Shown: positions 13,356 to 27,415 of the stretch, piece after piece
Numbering within the stretch: position 1 is the first letter of the stretch
Layout of the letters: every line of letters starts with the position of its first letter
Assembly (NCBI RefSeq): GCF_009914755.1
Contig: NC_060940.1
From: the human T2T-CHM13v2.0 reference genome, Homo sapiens
DNA length: 64,000 nt
Reading direction: 5' to 3' (one strand)
Notes under the pieces: generated by a model
Seen by the model: only the letters and a program-made list of their open reading frames with translations
Told to the model about the DNA's origin: nothing
Databases searched by the model: none
Position numbers and translations under genes: made by a program

Positions 13356-13673
13356 CAGCTAGCTAGTGCTATCTGTGAGTTCCACATCCATTGGATCAAC
13401 CAAATGCAGACCAAAAACATTAAAAAAAAATAAAAGTAGCTATGACAATAAAAATAATACAAAGAAAAATAAAGTATAAGAACTACTTACAGAGCATTTA
13501 TATTCCATTAGGTATTTATAAATAATTTAGAGATGATTTAAAGTATTCAGGAAGATATGTATATATGATATGCAAATAATATGCCATTTTATATAAGGGA
13601 CTTGAGGATCCATAGGTTTTGATATCTGCAGGAGTCCTAGATCCAATCTCTTGTGGACACCCAGGGTCAACTC
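13356..13673 (+). mobile_element. MER2/MER2B (TcMar-Tigger non-autonomous DNA transposon)
   Basis: 'gagatgatttaaagtat...atgccattttatataagggacttgag'; TA dinucleotides at 13354-13355 and 13674-13675. Confidence 0.88.
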
Positions 13674-14430
13674 TACTTATTCTCAGCTTCCTCATATAAA
13701 CACCTCTCATCAAACTTCATGTATTCTAAAACCTTCTAAGCCCTAACATTACAAATTAATAACAGATGTCACGGCTATCTGTGTCTTTCACAGATATATT
13801 TGTGAGATTAGAAAGTACATTCATCTTATTTAAAGAGCAAAATTATACTTTAATAAAAGGACAATTCCATATGGCAATCAAATACATCAAGGCCATTCTG
13901 GTTAACCACTTGAAAAGGAGGAGGGACTCCATCCAGGCTGCATAGAACACATGAACCCCCATGACACATAAATGGTGACAGAGTCCAATATGGATATATG
14001 AAATGCCATTAAGACATTGTCTTTTACTGAAACAGATTCGAATTTAAATCCAACTTCATCCATCATTTGTATATAATCTTAGGCAAGCCACTTAGCATTT
14101 CTGAGTTTGCTTCCTAATCTAAAACATACGTATTTTTTATATCACCATCTTATGGAAACCTTAAGCGGTTTAGCAATATTTTGCTAGTGTCTGTACTGTT
14201 TCTTACATACGTAATTATATAATCATCAATATCATTTTCTGCTTTATTGTACTAATTAGCTACATAATAAAATATTAATATTATTTATGGAGCAAGCACA
14301 GTACGAGATATGCTGGACTTCATTCAGTTACTTACTTTTCCTATTGTTTTCTCTTCTGTAAAGTGCTTACATGTCAGGACTGCATGAGGTAACTGCATAC
14401 AGCTGAAGCCAAAATTTAAAATAAGGTTAT

Positions 14431-15261
<831 letters not shown>

Positions 15262-15739
15262 AAAATAAGGTTATCTGGTGTGATTCGCAGTGTTATAACA
15301 ACTTGATCTTATTGTTCTGCCTAACCAAGTGTCCTTGATTCATCATACAGAATGCATCACAGATAACAGTCTCTAGTAGAACCAAGCGTTGATTGTAGGT
15401 CTAGTGTCTAGTAACTGACACCGTACCGTTCCAAGTTTACATTGGAACATGATGTAAGTCAAGAAAATCTGACTTTCTCATTCTTTCTCTCTCTCATTGT
15501 TTCTGCTTTACTAAGGGAGTTTTTACCTCACTCATTGCACCTGCTTTCTCACAACCATTTTTAAACATATGTATTAATAACACCAATTGATGCAATCTGG
15601 TTTTGTCCAATAAAACAATCTTCCTAACGGCTGTCTATTCATGCTGATTACTCAAGCTCCAATTCCCACAGGTTGATGTGAATGGTCAGAAGGAACCTGG
15701 ATACACAGTAGGGTGTGCCACAGAGAGGGACCAGTAACA

Positions 15740-16390
15740 TAGATAATCATCCACATTTTTCTTTAAAAGAAAGAAAACAACTGTATTGTTGAATAAGTGT
15801 TTAACTAGAATATGCTGTGCATCACAGCAATCTACTAAAAGACTGCCTAGACTGAAAGAAATCCCACCCTTTTATGTACCCAAGCAGACACAATTCATTG
15901 CTTACTTGTTCCCAAGGTAAACAATACCTAGTCTTCAAACAAGAGCTTGACAGCACTGATTGTTGCATACAATTCATCCTAAATTCACTTAGTAATTGGG
16001 GTGACTATCTGTGTTAACTAATTAGCATTACCCAAAGAAAAAATAAACTTCCCATATAAGAGATAATTTTACAACTGGGAGGGAAGGGACCACTAAAGTT
16101 AGGTTCCTACTCTACCGCAGAAATTAGGAGATAAAAACACTATCTTTCTTGATGATTACTTTTTTAAAAAATGCTTTCCAGATCCTTGAGAAAGATATTC
16201 CTAGATCATAAAGCTGGCAAGAGGTGTATTTACCTTTAAAAAGATTTATGTACATTTCAAAGAGACACTGAAGGAACTTATACATTTTCTAAAGTAAATA
16301 CTCATAAGAAAAGGGAGGGAGGGAGTATCTTCCTTTAATTTCAACCAGGAAAATCATGTCTTTTTAAATAAATTTGTATTTGCCCTTCTA
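15740..16390 (-). mobile_element. ERV1 solo LTR (MER4 group, MER67-like)
   Basis: Reverse complement begins 'agggcaaatacaaatt...ttacttta gaaaa...ctctttgaaatgtac...cttgccagctttatga...ctttctcaagga'. Confidence 0.6.
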
Positions 16391-16589
16391 ATACCCATAT
16401 GCATGCACACACACAATTATAATTTTTATTCTGAATACACACATACATGCACATATAATACACACATGCATACACATAATTATGATTTTTATACTGAATA
16501 ATTTGAAAGTTGCAGACATCTACGATATATTTACTAATTTGTTTAATTTTAGAATATATATAAAGTGGTATCAGAATTTGTACCTTCTT

Positions 16590-17005
16590 TTTCCCTTTGA
16601 GTTGCTATCACAACATGGCATAGATTGGGTAATTTATACATAAAAGGAATTTACTTATCACAGTTCCAGAGGCTGGGAAGTCCAAGATCCAGGTGCTCGC
16701 AGATTCTGTGTCTGGTGAAAGCTCTGTCTTTGCTGCGTAGATGGTGCCTCTTGCAGCATTCTCACATGGTGGAAGGGCAGGTGGGCAATAGGGATAAATG
16801 CTGTGTCCTCACTTAGCAGAAGATGTGAGTGTAAGAGCCAGGCAGCTCTCTGAAGCCTCTCCTATAATGGCATTAATTCCACTTGTGACAGCAGAGTGTT
16901 TATGACTTACAGACTTCCCTAAGAGCCCCACCTCTTAATATCGCCACAATGGAGATTAGGTTTCAACATGAATTTTGCAGGGACACAATCATTCAAACCA
17001 TGGCA
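16590..17005 (-). mobile_element. ERVL-MaLR solo LTR (MSTB/MSTC-like)
   Basis: 'ggctgggaagtccaagatccaggtg...ctcacatggtggaagg...ccacctcttaata...tttcaacatgaattttgcagggacacaatcattcaaaccatggca'. Confidence 0.88.
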
Positions 17006-18197
17006 GTAACCTATACTACTGTGAAAAGCAAACCCATGAAGCAGAGTTCAATATTTGTTTACATTTCTGTAAATATTATGTTCAAAACTTACTTTTTGTC
17101 TTTCTCTTCAACAAGGTTGTTTGTCATTCAGTTGAAACATGATTTGATTCTTTTATAATGGATTTAGCATGTTTACCCAGTGTAATTATTTTTTTCAAAA
17201 AACTGCTATTGTTGAGTGTGAAAAACATTAATATGCTTCCAAAAGTTATATTCAGAGAAGTATCATTCACTTTCCCACAGTTCATATATTTTTGTATTGT
17301 TGGATGTTATCTTTAAATTTTTTCCACATTTAATAAACATATAAAGCATGTTAGCTGTATAGAATAAGACTAGGTCCCTTGTAGAATCTCATAGTATATT
17401 CCTCCAATATGTTTTATCATTTTCAGAATTTCCCACTGTGTAAACCATCCTGAGAAGTGGCCTGAATTGAAGAACCATCAAGACCTTGCAGTTTTGACAT
17501 TTGCAGAAAGATGTGTGGGAGTACAAGAGGTTCATGGTGTGTGGCCTCCCAGTATCTTCTGTAGAAACTGTGTGGCTCTTCCTTTGGCTTGATTAGGTCC
17601 TTCTCCTTTGTTCTACTTCTTCCATCCAAGCACTTAATATTTTGCATTATAATCATTGATTTCCTTATTGGTCTCTCTTTCCTTAAGGGAAGAAACTACA
17701 TCTTACTGAACTGCTATAAGAGCCTGATGTTCTCTGGATGCGTGGGGACACAGAGATGAATGGATGCAGGTGAGTAAACATAACGACATGGTGAAAAGTT
17801 GAGGAAAGGCAATCTGTACATTAATCATCTGGGTTTTGTTATCTTTCATTCCAGATGCTTAGTACAAAGTGGTACTTGTTAAAATGCAAATTATTAGCCC
17901 CTTCTCTTACAGGGATTTAGGGATAGGGAGTTATACTCTACTTACTACCTATTAATCGAAGAGAATTTGAAGCAAGTACTGCAGAAACCATATGTAGAAG
18001 ATTGATTTTGACCTAGACAAGTGGATTTTCCATGCCTTAAGCTACATATTATAATAAGAAAAGGAAAATCTGGAAAGTAAACACAAGACTTATGGAGGCT
18101 GCTCTTGTGGAATGATATTATGGGTATCATCAATGTGATCATTACTACCTGAAAGAACAGATCCAAACAATTTTCCATTTACTGCATGAAAAAAGGG

Positions 18198-18662
<465 letters not shown>

Positions 18663-18825
18663 TTAACCTTACATAAAATATGGGTAACTATAGAAAGACA
18701 CTACTATGGTGGAGATTTTTGTCAAATGGTCCGATATAATCTCAATGGTTTTTACTATGGAACATTGTAAGGGAAAGATATTTGCCCTGTTTCCCCAACT
18801 TTAATGAATTACCTCTTCTCCATGC

Positions 18826-18869
18826 ATATATACATATATATATATATATACACACATATATATATATAC

Positions 18870-18938
<69 letters not shown>

Positions 18939-18941
18939 GAG
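18826..18941. repeat. Compound (TA)n/(CA)n-(GA)n microsatellite
   Basis: Read directly from the sequence. Confidence 0.97.
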
Positions 18942-19159
18942 ACTGCAAATCACAGTATCACCTGGTTTTCTGGTTGAAGGTGTAAATCAGTGACTTGGCT
19001 TGAATCAACACAGTATCCTCTCTTTCCACAACTATTAGTTTAAACATTACTACTCATCACAGTCATTTCAAAGTACTCAAGCTAGTAAATCGTGCATGGC
19101 AATTTTTGTGAGTCACTTAAACTTGATACTACTTTTGTTATCTTTCAAAATGCATGAGT

Positions 19160-19400
19160 AAGTCCTGCTTGAGAATAAAGTCTGCACAGAAGAAAGCAGC
19201 ATCAAGAAACAGATGGAGGTGCAGAACTCTGAAAGTGGTATAGGAGAACCGGGATCCAGCTATGTCAGCAGTAAACTGTTTCTTAGCTGTTGTGTTGTAT
19301 AAGCCAGTAAGTCTCTCACCCTCTCTTCCTTTCTATTTTATTCCTCCATAACTTTCTGCGATTAGTAAAGAACCTTCTCTGAATTCATTAGAGAAGAATA
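19160..19400 (+). mobile_element. Old MaLR LTR fragment (MLT1J/K/L-like)
   Basis: 'cctgcttgagaataaagtctgcacagaagaaagcagc...ggatccagctatg...taagccagtaagtctc'. Confidence 0.5.
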
Positions 19401-20629
19401 TCTAACTTAAACTGTCTTAAACAAAATGGGTCAAAACAAATATCTAAGAGTTGTTTTGCTAGTTTCCTCTTTTCTTTATCACTGTCTTCTTCCCTTAGAT
19501 TTTACACTTATTGTGACTTATTGTGAAAATACATACATTCATATATACATAATAAAAGTGAGAAAAAAGGAATAAATTAATGTTGGTTAGTACTTGGTTT
19601 ATGAAAAGGAGAAAGTAATCATGAGAATACTAGTCTGAAGGACAAGAGACACAGGTTCTAATACTACCTCTGCCTTTAATTTGTCTTGTGGTATTTAGTG
19701 AAAACAAAAAGCATTTAGTCAAATAAGTGGAAAACAAACCAAGTATTGGTTTTAAATTAAATTCTTGAATTTCTAAAAAGTGTAAAAAATAACAATGTGA
19801 GATTTTAGCCTATTTTAAAACATAAATTTCAAATATCTCTTAAAAATCATAGATGTAATGGGGAAATTCCTGCCCAAACCAAAGCATCCTCCTATTTTTG
19901 TTAATATGCATGGTCTTATTTGAACTCAGCCTGGTAACTTTGGTTTACTCATGGAAACAAAAAGGGTTATGACTTGTGGGCTATATATGCCTTTGATTAA
20001 TAATAAATTTGTAGTCAATTATTATTTAATAAACTCCATGGGTTTGGAAGACCACAGCCAGCTGGTCCTGTGGTTCCTGACCTTTATTTCCCCAACAAGA
20101 CCCTTTTTATTTTTTTCTTCCCCCTTTTGAAATATTTCAAAATATCCTAGGAAAGAGTATGTGCTTTGGTGACATACTGACTGGGGTTTTGCTTCTATGC
20201 TTAGAATTAACCAGTTGGGTGTTTCTCTGAACTTTAGTTTTATCACCTTTAAAATGGGATTGCATGTACCTCCAGCACAGAATTACTATTAAGTATAAAT
20301 CAGAATTTTGTTTGTCCTGTTGTTAACGTTTTATAAACATTAGTTTTCTATTCAGATTCAAATTCTTAAAATCAGGTTTTTACCTTAACTATAATGTATT
20401 ACAAATAATCTAAGACCACAGGTAGTCTATAGGATTAGAAAGAGAATTCTGCTTTATTAAAAATGGGTTAATAAAATCTTAGATTTAGTAATGTAACACT
20501 AATGGAATATGAAATGTATCTTATAAATTCTCTATAAGCCATATCTTTTACAAAGATACTGAAAAAAAAATCATGGATTCAGTAGTATAAATACCCAATT
20601 GCCACAAAATGTCTGGAATAGAAAACTTT

Positions 20630-20916
20630 TTTTTTTAAGACAGTTTCACTCTTGTCCCCCATGCTGGAGTGCAATGCGCAATCTCAGCTCACTGCAACTT
20701 CCACCTCCCAGGTTCAAGTGATTCTCTTGCCTCAGCCTCCCGAGTAGCTAGGATTACAGGTGTGCGCCACCATAATCGGCTAATTTTTTGTGTTTTTAGT
20801 AGAGATGGGATTTCACCATGTTGGCCAGGCTGGTCTCAAACTCCTGACCTCAGGTGATCCGCCTGCCTCAGCCTCTCAAAGTGCTGGATTACAGGAGTGA
20901 GCCATTGAACTGGGCC
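20630..20916 (-). mobile_element. AluSq/Sp-like with 16-bp TSD
   Basis: TSD tggaatagaaaacttt at 20614-20629 and 20917-20932; 'gtttcactcttgt'. Confidence 0.95.
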
Positions 20917-22072
20917 TGGAATAGAAAACTTTAATTTAACCTCCCTTAATGATGTGTTAACATTTGATGTCTAAGAAAGCAAACATTAAATGACTTAGTA
21001 AGATCTTTCATATGTATAGCAAAAATGATGCACAAAATGCAATAGGTTACAAAAAGATATGCCAGGGAATCTCTTGCTTTCTATAAGGCCACCTATAGCA
21101 AAGTGAGATATTTTCAGAAACAGACAAGGAGAACAGGGATGTTTCTGAAGGAGAGGTCAGACTAATATTTTTTAAGGTTTAAACAAGATAAAAAATCTAT
21201 CATTGCAACCCTAAACTGTCTTGACTTTCTTTGAACATGCAGAGCCCTCATGTGATTCGAAATTATCCACAAAACTTGAAAACTTTTGCAGAGAAATTTG
21301 GCAGCCACCAGAAATTCCTGGAAGATAAATACCTTTGTAAGGGCAGCATGTAAGTGTATATAGATGCTCAAGGTGGGCCCACAGTTCCCAAATCCAATTT
21401 TTTTCCTAAGGCTATTATGGAAATTGGGTTATTCATTCAGAATCTGAGGAAAATTATTGACACTTTCTCAAGAATAAGTCACATATGGACACATACACAA
21501 ATTAGTTTAGGGAGCATCAAAAACTCTTTGAAACTTACAATGTTCCTTAGATAAAGAACAACTGGTTTATTTACCAGCTAATACATATTCATGATTGCAT
21601 ACATCGGTTAACATGTTTTTAGGCCAATAATTGTTCTCAATGTTTGTATTCCACAAAAGAGTCACAGGAGAAATGGAGGCAAATACTTGAAGATGTCTAT
21701 GTTCAGTTGCATTACGTACTGAGATAGGGCCCTCTCTGAAGTATATGAGATCCTGAGCACTGGACTCAATATGGGTTCTGGTTCAGCTCAAGGCAATCCA
21801 CCCATTATATTTTGAATTAATTAATCAAATTAATGGTGATTTCATTGTTAGGCCTAGAGGCTCCCATGCAACAGAGGGGATTTTAAAAATTTTTCAAGAA
21901 ATTACTTTAAAGCATGAAGACACAATGCTCCACACACAGGCCCTGCCTGTGGGCCCTAAGGCAACATTGTGTCCAATAGCTAGTGAATCTTTGAGGGAGA
22001 GATTTACATTAAATAATCAGCCAGAAGATTGGTACATGATATAATACACCAATTTCAAAACTTCCCCATGTC

Positions 22073-22396
22073 GGCCAGGTTCTGTGGCTCATGCCTGTAA
22101 TTCCAACACTTTGGGAGGCCAAGGTAGGAGGATCACTTGATCCCAGGAGTTCCAGACCAGTGTGTACAACATGGCAAAACCCTGTCCCTACTAAAAATAC
22201 AAAAAAATTATTTGAACATGGTGGTGTGCACCTACAGTCCCAGCTACTCAGGAACAGCGAGGCTGAGGTTGGAGGATCGCTTGAGCACAGGAGGTTGAGG
22301 CTGTAATGAGCACTGATGGTTTCACTGCCCTGGAGCCTGGGCAACAGAACAAGATCCTGTCTCAAAAAAACATAAACCAAAAACAAACAAACAAAC
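22073..22396 (+). mobile_element. AluJ with TSD
   Basis: TSD aaaactt(cc/at)ccatgtc at 22057-22072 and 22397-22412; 'ggaggatcgcttgagc', 'gaggttgaggctg'. Confidence 0.93.
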
Positions 22397-22839
22397 AAAA
22401 CTTATCCATGTCAACAGAATTATCAAACACACTGGAATATTCAATTTCAACCCACCCTTTCACTAAGGGCAATCTATGAAAAACACTAAGTTATTCGAAT
22501 ACAATAGCATTCAGATACCACAGGAAATGTACTGTACAATTTTAGAGCCTAGATTTATTAAGCAATGTATGGCATCTATATATGATAGATTCACTTTAAT
22601 CTTAGAATTTTTTTTAAAGAGGACTGAGATACATCAGTTGCTTTCCTCAGTAGAGCCAATGAACTCAATAATGTGTCCATAGAAGATGGGCCACACAGTA
22701 AGTAAAATGAACCAGGGTAAAAGGGGGAGAATTTTGCTAGTATGACGTTGTATGTAGTCACACATGCATTTTACTGCAAAGTGGGGAAAGGTCTGCCTTT
22801 TTCTATGAAATACTCTTGGTACGACAAGAAGTAAGCACC

Positions 22840-23032
22840 AGGCACAAGGACATAGGAGATTTGCCAATGTCTGAAGACATTTTTGTTAGATACAATTTGG
22901 AGGATGGTGCTACTGACCTCTGTATGTAAAGGCCAGGGGTGCAGCTAAACTTACTATGATACAGAGGGTAGCCTCCCAGAACAAATAATTACCCAGCTCT
23001 AAATGTTAATAGTGCTAACATTGTGAAACCCA
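22840..23032 (+). mobile_element. MER20 (hAT-Charlie)
   Basis: 'tttgccaatgtctgaagacatttttg...ggccaggggtgcagctaaac...aaatgttaatagtgc...gaaaccc'. Confidence 0.85.
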
Positions 23033-24150
23033 TCATATATAATATGTATAAATATATGATATGATATGATATGATATAATTTTCCAATACTGTGATTGTG
23101 TGGATGGAGAATCTCAGTATCTACACATGGTGTCTGTAAAGTGGGCATATTAAGTTACTCATATTGCACAGACATTTGAAAAAGAAAAAGTGGACCAAGA
23201 TTCTCTGCCTAGTACATGTTACTCCTCACATAGCTTTGAAATTTTAGCTTTTTCTATGTCTCATTTTTTGCATCATAAAGGAAGTTTTGCTGGTATAGTT
23301 TTCATAGTTCTGGAGGTACCTCATTTTTATGACTGCCAATACCACCAATCTCCCACCATCAAATTTTGAAACCTCCCCAACCCTGCCTACCTTCATGCAT
23401 ACACTTTGTTTTACTTTTGGACTAAAGATTTAGTTTCTATTGTAGAATGGGACCTTGCAGTCTCTTTTTGAATTGAATGCTGAAGAAACGTCATCTTTAA
23501 TTAAAATGATAGTATCACCATTTAAAGGTTAAAATACACACAAAGACACGAGTAATAATGGTTCAGTTTTATATGGCTTAGCGGGCTGGCTATTGCAAGA
23601 ATGCTTCTTAGGCGCCTGGTTTGCTTTGAGAAAAGAAAAGAAAGAGAGAGGATCTTGCTTTTCTAAAGATATGAATTCTAGATCTGATTGCTTCTGTGAA
23701 GAACATTTAAAAAGGATTAGGTAATTCTGGTTGGAAAAAAAATATGAGTTCATGTTAAAAGTTTCAGAGTTGACTGCAGTATAAGTCCCATCAACTTTTC
23801 CTGAGCAAATTTGTGCATGGTTTGCAAGCTGTTGAGGAACTCATATCTCTCATAGCTCCAACAAGAATAGGACACGCATGGCCTGGTGTGCCTCCCACTC
23901 AGGCTGGCTTGAAAGAGCTTGAACAAAATAAGAGGATTGGAAGAAAGAAGCCAAGTGATTCAAAGTGAGTCTGATTTCCCTAATCTTTGTTATCAGCTAA
24001 TGATTTGCTTCCTAGTTTATCAAGAAAACACAAAAATGGCTTCCACGTGGAGAAACTGTCATGTTTACACATTTCAATGCCTGGGCTTCCATGTAGGTCT
24101 GCATTCTCTCCAGTTAACTCAAACTATTTTGCTTCTTATAAAAGCCAATC

Positions 24151-24401
24151 CTAAGGGCGGTGCAAGATGTGCTTTGTTAAACAGATGCTTGAAGACAGCA
24201 TGCTCGTTAAGAGTCATCACCACTCCCTAATCTCAAGTACCCAGGGACACAAACAGGGCTGAAGGCGCTCTGCCTAGGAAAACCAGAGACCTTTGTTCTC
24301 GTGTTTATCTGCTGACCTTCTCTCCACTATTATCCTATGACCCTGCCACATCCCCCTCTCTGAGAAACACCCAAGAATGATCAATAAATACTAAAAAAAT
24401 A
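24151..24401 (+). mobile_element. Severely 5'-truncated SVA (SINE-R 3' end, SVA_A/B-like) with TSD
   Basis: 'taagggcggtgcaagatgtgctttgttaaacagatgcttgaag...gaaacacccaagaatgatcaataaatactaaaaaaa'; TSD aaaagccaatc at 24140-24150 and 24402-24412. Confidence 0.93.
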
Positions 24402-25684
24402 AAAAGCCAATCTTCTCACTAATGTACAAGTTCCAAGAAGGTAGAGACTCCAGAGTCTGTGTTATTTGTTGTTGCATCCTTTATACCTAGAAGATCACTT
24501 AGCACATAACTGGCTGACAAAAATTATGTTTTTAATTAGTTAATACAGTGGTTTCAAAAGTAAAAGGAATACAGAGGGTGGTTGACTGGTTGCTCCTGGG
24601 ATCTTCTGTAAGGGGTGCATTCCAGTGCTACCATCAAAAATCTGTTCTTCAGCATAATAGGACTAGAAATAGTTTAACAGCCAATCTTCAAAATTCGCAA
24701 TTATTAAACCCAAATAAACAAATTTATTTTCTGGTACAAGTTTGTCAATATGAAATTAATTAAATATCTTATGCTGTAGCAAGATTTTCAATAGTTTCTT
24801 TATATTATATTTTAGAAAAATCTTTTAAGATAGGAAATGCTTCTAATATGTTACAAATTGGAAATAAAAGCAAGAAGTTATAAGACTATGTGAGCACAAA
24901 TAATATAAACCAACAATTTGTATTGCTTATCTCTGGATAGTAGGACGATGTATTTTTTGCTTTTCTGTGACTTTCTATACTTTCAAGTTTCTGTCTCTCA
25001 CTCTCACTCTCTCTTGCCCTCATTCTGTCTTTCTTTCTTGGTGAATACGTGTATAAACAATAGGTATAACACGTTTTAAAATTTCTTTATAGAGTATATG
25101 AATATATGTATATGCAAACATGTATTAAACCAAATATGTATTTTATAATCTGTTTGGTACTTATGTTTCTAATTAAAATGCTAATTGCTATTTTCCTGGT
25201 CATTATAATCATCTGTATCTGTTGTGCATGTGTGTGTTTGTGGATAGAGCAGGGTTGTAAATAGTCACTAGAGAATAGCTTGGCAAGAGTGCAATCAGAA
25301 CAAAGGGCATTATCTCAGAGATGTCACCATTTGGTGTTGCTATAGATATGTGAGCATTGCATTTTCATCTTCATGTTGGTCAAGCAGGTAGGTATATTTG
25401 AGCCCATATCCAGGTGTTCTCTCCATAGATAATGCTGGAAACACTGATACATCTATCTACTATAGAATCTCCATTACTAACCACCATGTATCTCTTCCTC
25501 CATTTATTTATACCATATCTCTTGAGAGAGAATCTGGAAAAATGTGATTGTTTGAGCTGTCACAGTGCCTAGATATTTTTGAATATTTTATAAACCTGAA
25601 TGAGACAGAGGTATGATAGACCTGCCCACCTTTTAATTTACATAATGGATCAAGTTGCTTCCAGAGACTGAACTCATTATTCTA

Positions 25685-26515
25685 AGCAAAGAAACAAACA
25701 ACCCCATTAAAAACTGGGCAAAGAACATGAACAGACATTTCTCAAAAGACGAAATACAAGTAGCAAAGAAACACATGAAAAAATGTTCATCAATATTCAT
25801 CAGAAATGCAAATTAAAACTGTAATGAAATATCATCTTACACCAGTTAGAATGGCTATTACTAAAAAGTCAAAAAATAACAGATGTTGGCATGGATGTGG
25901 AAAAAAGGGAAAACTTATTAATTGTTAGTGGGAATGTAAATTAGTTCAACCTCTATGGAAAACAGTATAGAGATTTCTTAAGTAAATAAAAAAACAAACA
26001 TTCAACCCAGCAATCCCAAAGGAAAAGAAAGCATTATATAAAAAAGAAACCTGTACTTGTATGTTTATCACAGCGTTATTTAGAATCGCAAAGACATGGA
26101 CCCAACCTGAGTGTCCATCAACAGTTGAATGGATAAAGAAAATGTGGCATATATACATTGTGAAATACTATTCACCCATAAAAAGAATGAAATCATCTTC
26201 TTTCCTGCAACTTTGATGGAGCTGGAGTCCCTTAACCTAAGGTAACTAACTCAGCAACAGGAAACCGAATACCACATGTTCTCACTTATAAGTGGGAGCT
26301 AATAAATGGGTACACATGGACGTAAAGATGGAAATAATAGACACTAGGGACATTCAAAGAGGGGACGGTAGAGGGTTCAATACTTACCCACTGGGTACAA
26401 TGTTCACTGTTTGGGTAAAGAGTACACTAGAAGCTCAATCCCCACCAGTATGCAATATAGCCATGTCGCAAACATGTACCCCTTGAATCCAAAATAATAT
26501 AAAAAATTATAAATA
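25685..26515 (+). mobile_element. L1PB3/4-like 3' end
   Basis: 'aacaaccccattaaaaactgggcaaag...ggacgtaaagatggaaataatagacact...gggtacaatgttcact...tacactagaagc'. Confidence 0.92.
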
Positions 26516-26883
26516 GAAACCAAATAAGGCAAGATTAACTTAGAATAGGTAGCCTTGGTTTTTAGATGCCACACTATTCTCAAGCAGAACAGGTAATCAT
26601 GTTGCTCTGGATATCAAGACCTTAAGATGCTCTGTGACAAACTTGGGGAACTGTTCTTTTACAATCTGTTAATGGGTTCTCAAAAGTATAATTTCTTACA
26701 CCTAACAGCTTCACTAAGTCAAAACTCTTTCAATTTTATCTATGAAGGTCTGCCACTCCCACAGATTTATTCTTGAGTCTAAGGGTGTCTTGACCACATG
26801 CAAGACCCCCAGTGCATGTGAGAGAACTTCGGGTGGAAGCAGCAACAATGCCACAAGTGCAGATGCCTCAGTAGAAACTGTAA

Positions 26884-26941
26884 ATAAGTCTGTTTGGTTA
26901 TCTTTTGCTGTCATAAGTCTGTTTGGTTATCTTTTCCTGTC
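26884..26941. repeat. 29-bp tandem duplication
   Basis: ataagtctgtttggttatctttt(g/c)ctgtc x2. Confidence 0.95.
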
Positions 26942-27123
26942 CATTGTTATAGTCAGATACAAGAGGGTAATGAAAAATAGAAGAGAAAAGTGAACAGAAA
27001 GCACGTTGGAAAGTGCTCCTGGGATCTCCCAGGGTTACTTAGGAGCTTGGACGCATTTATCTTGGGCCAACTTTAAAAGGCAGGGCAAACATCAGCAAAC
27101 CAAAATTTACCAAAGCCACAAGA

Positions 27124-27175
27124 CCCTCAAGATAGCTATCACTTAACCCCCTCAAGGTAGCTCTCACTTAATCCC
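27124..27175. repeat. 25-bp tandem duplication
   Basis: ccctcaagatagctatcacttaacc / ccctcaaggtagctctcacttaatc. Confidence 0.9.
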
Positions 27176-27317
27176 AGGACTGCCATTGTTTTACATTTGA
27201 TTTTGGTTTTTACATTTGCCTTTTAGCTTCAGAAACAATAGAGAGTAGGCATAGAAATTACATTGTCTTCAATGGGGTTGAGGGAGTGAATATTCTTTCA
27301 TGGGGACATGAGCACAT

Positions 27318-27415
27318 GGAGAAAATGTGGCATATATATGCTGCAAAATACTATGCAGCCACAAAATGAATGAAATCAATTCCTTTTGCTGCAACTTCAA
27401 TGGAGCTGGAGTCCA
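27318..27415 (+). mobile_element. ~100-bp isolated L1 (L1PB-like) ORF2-end fragment
   Basis: 'gaaaatgtggcatatatatg...atactatgcagccac...gcaacttcaatggagctggagtcc'. Confidence 0.8.

Noticed and set aside
24151-24401. HERV-K (LTR5) provirus remnant
   Set aside because: Ends at AATAAA plus an A tail and has an 11-bp A-rich TSD typical of L1-mediated insertion; SVA fits better.
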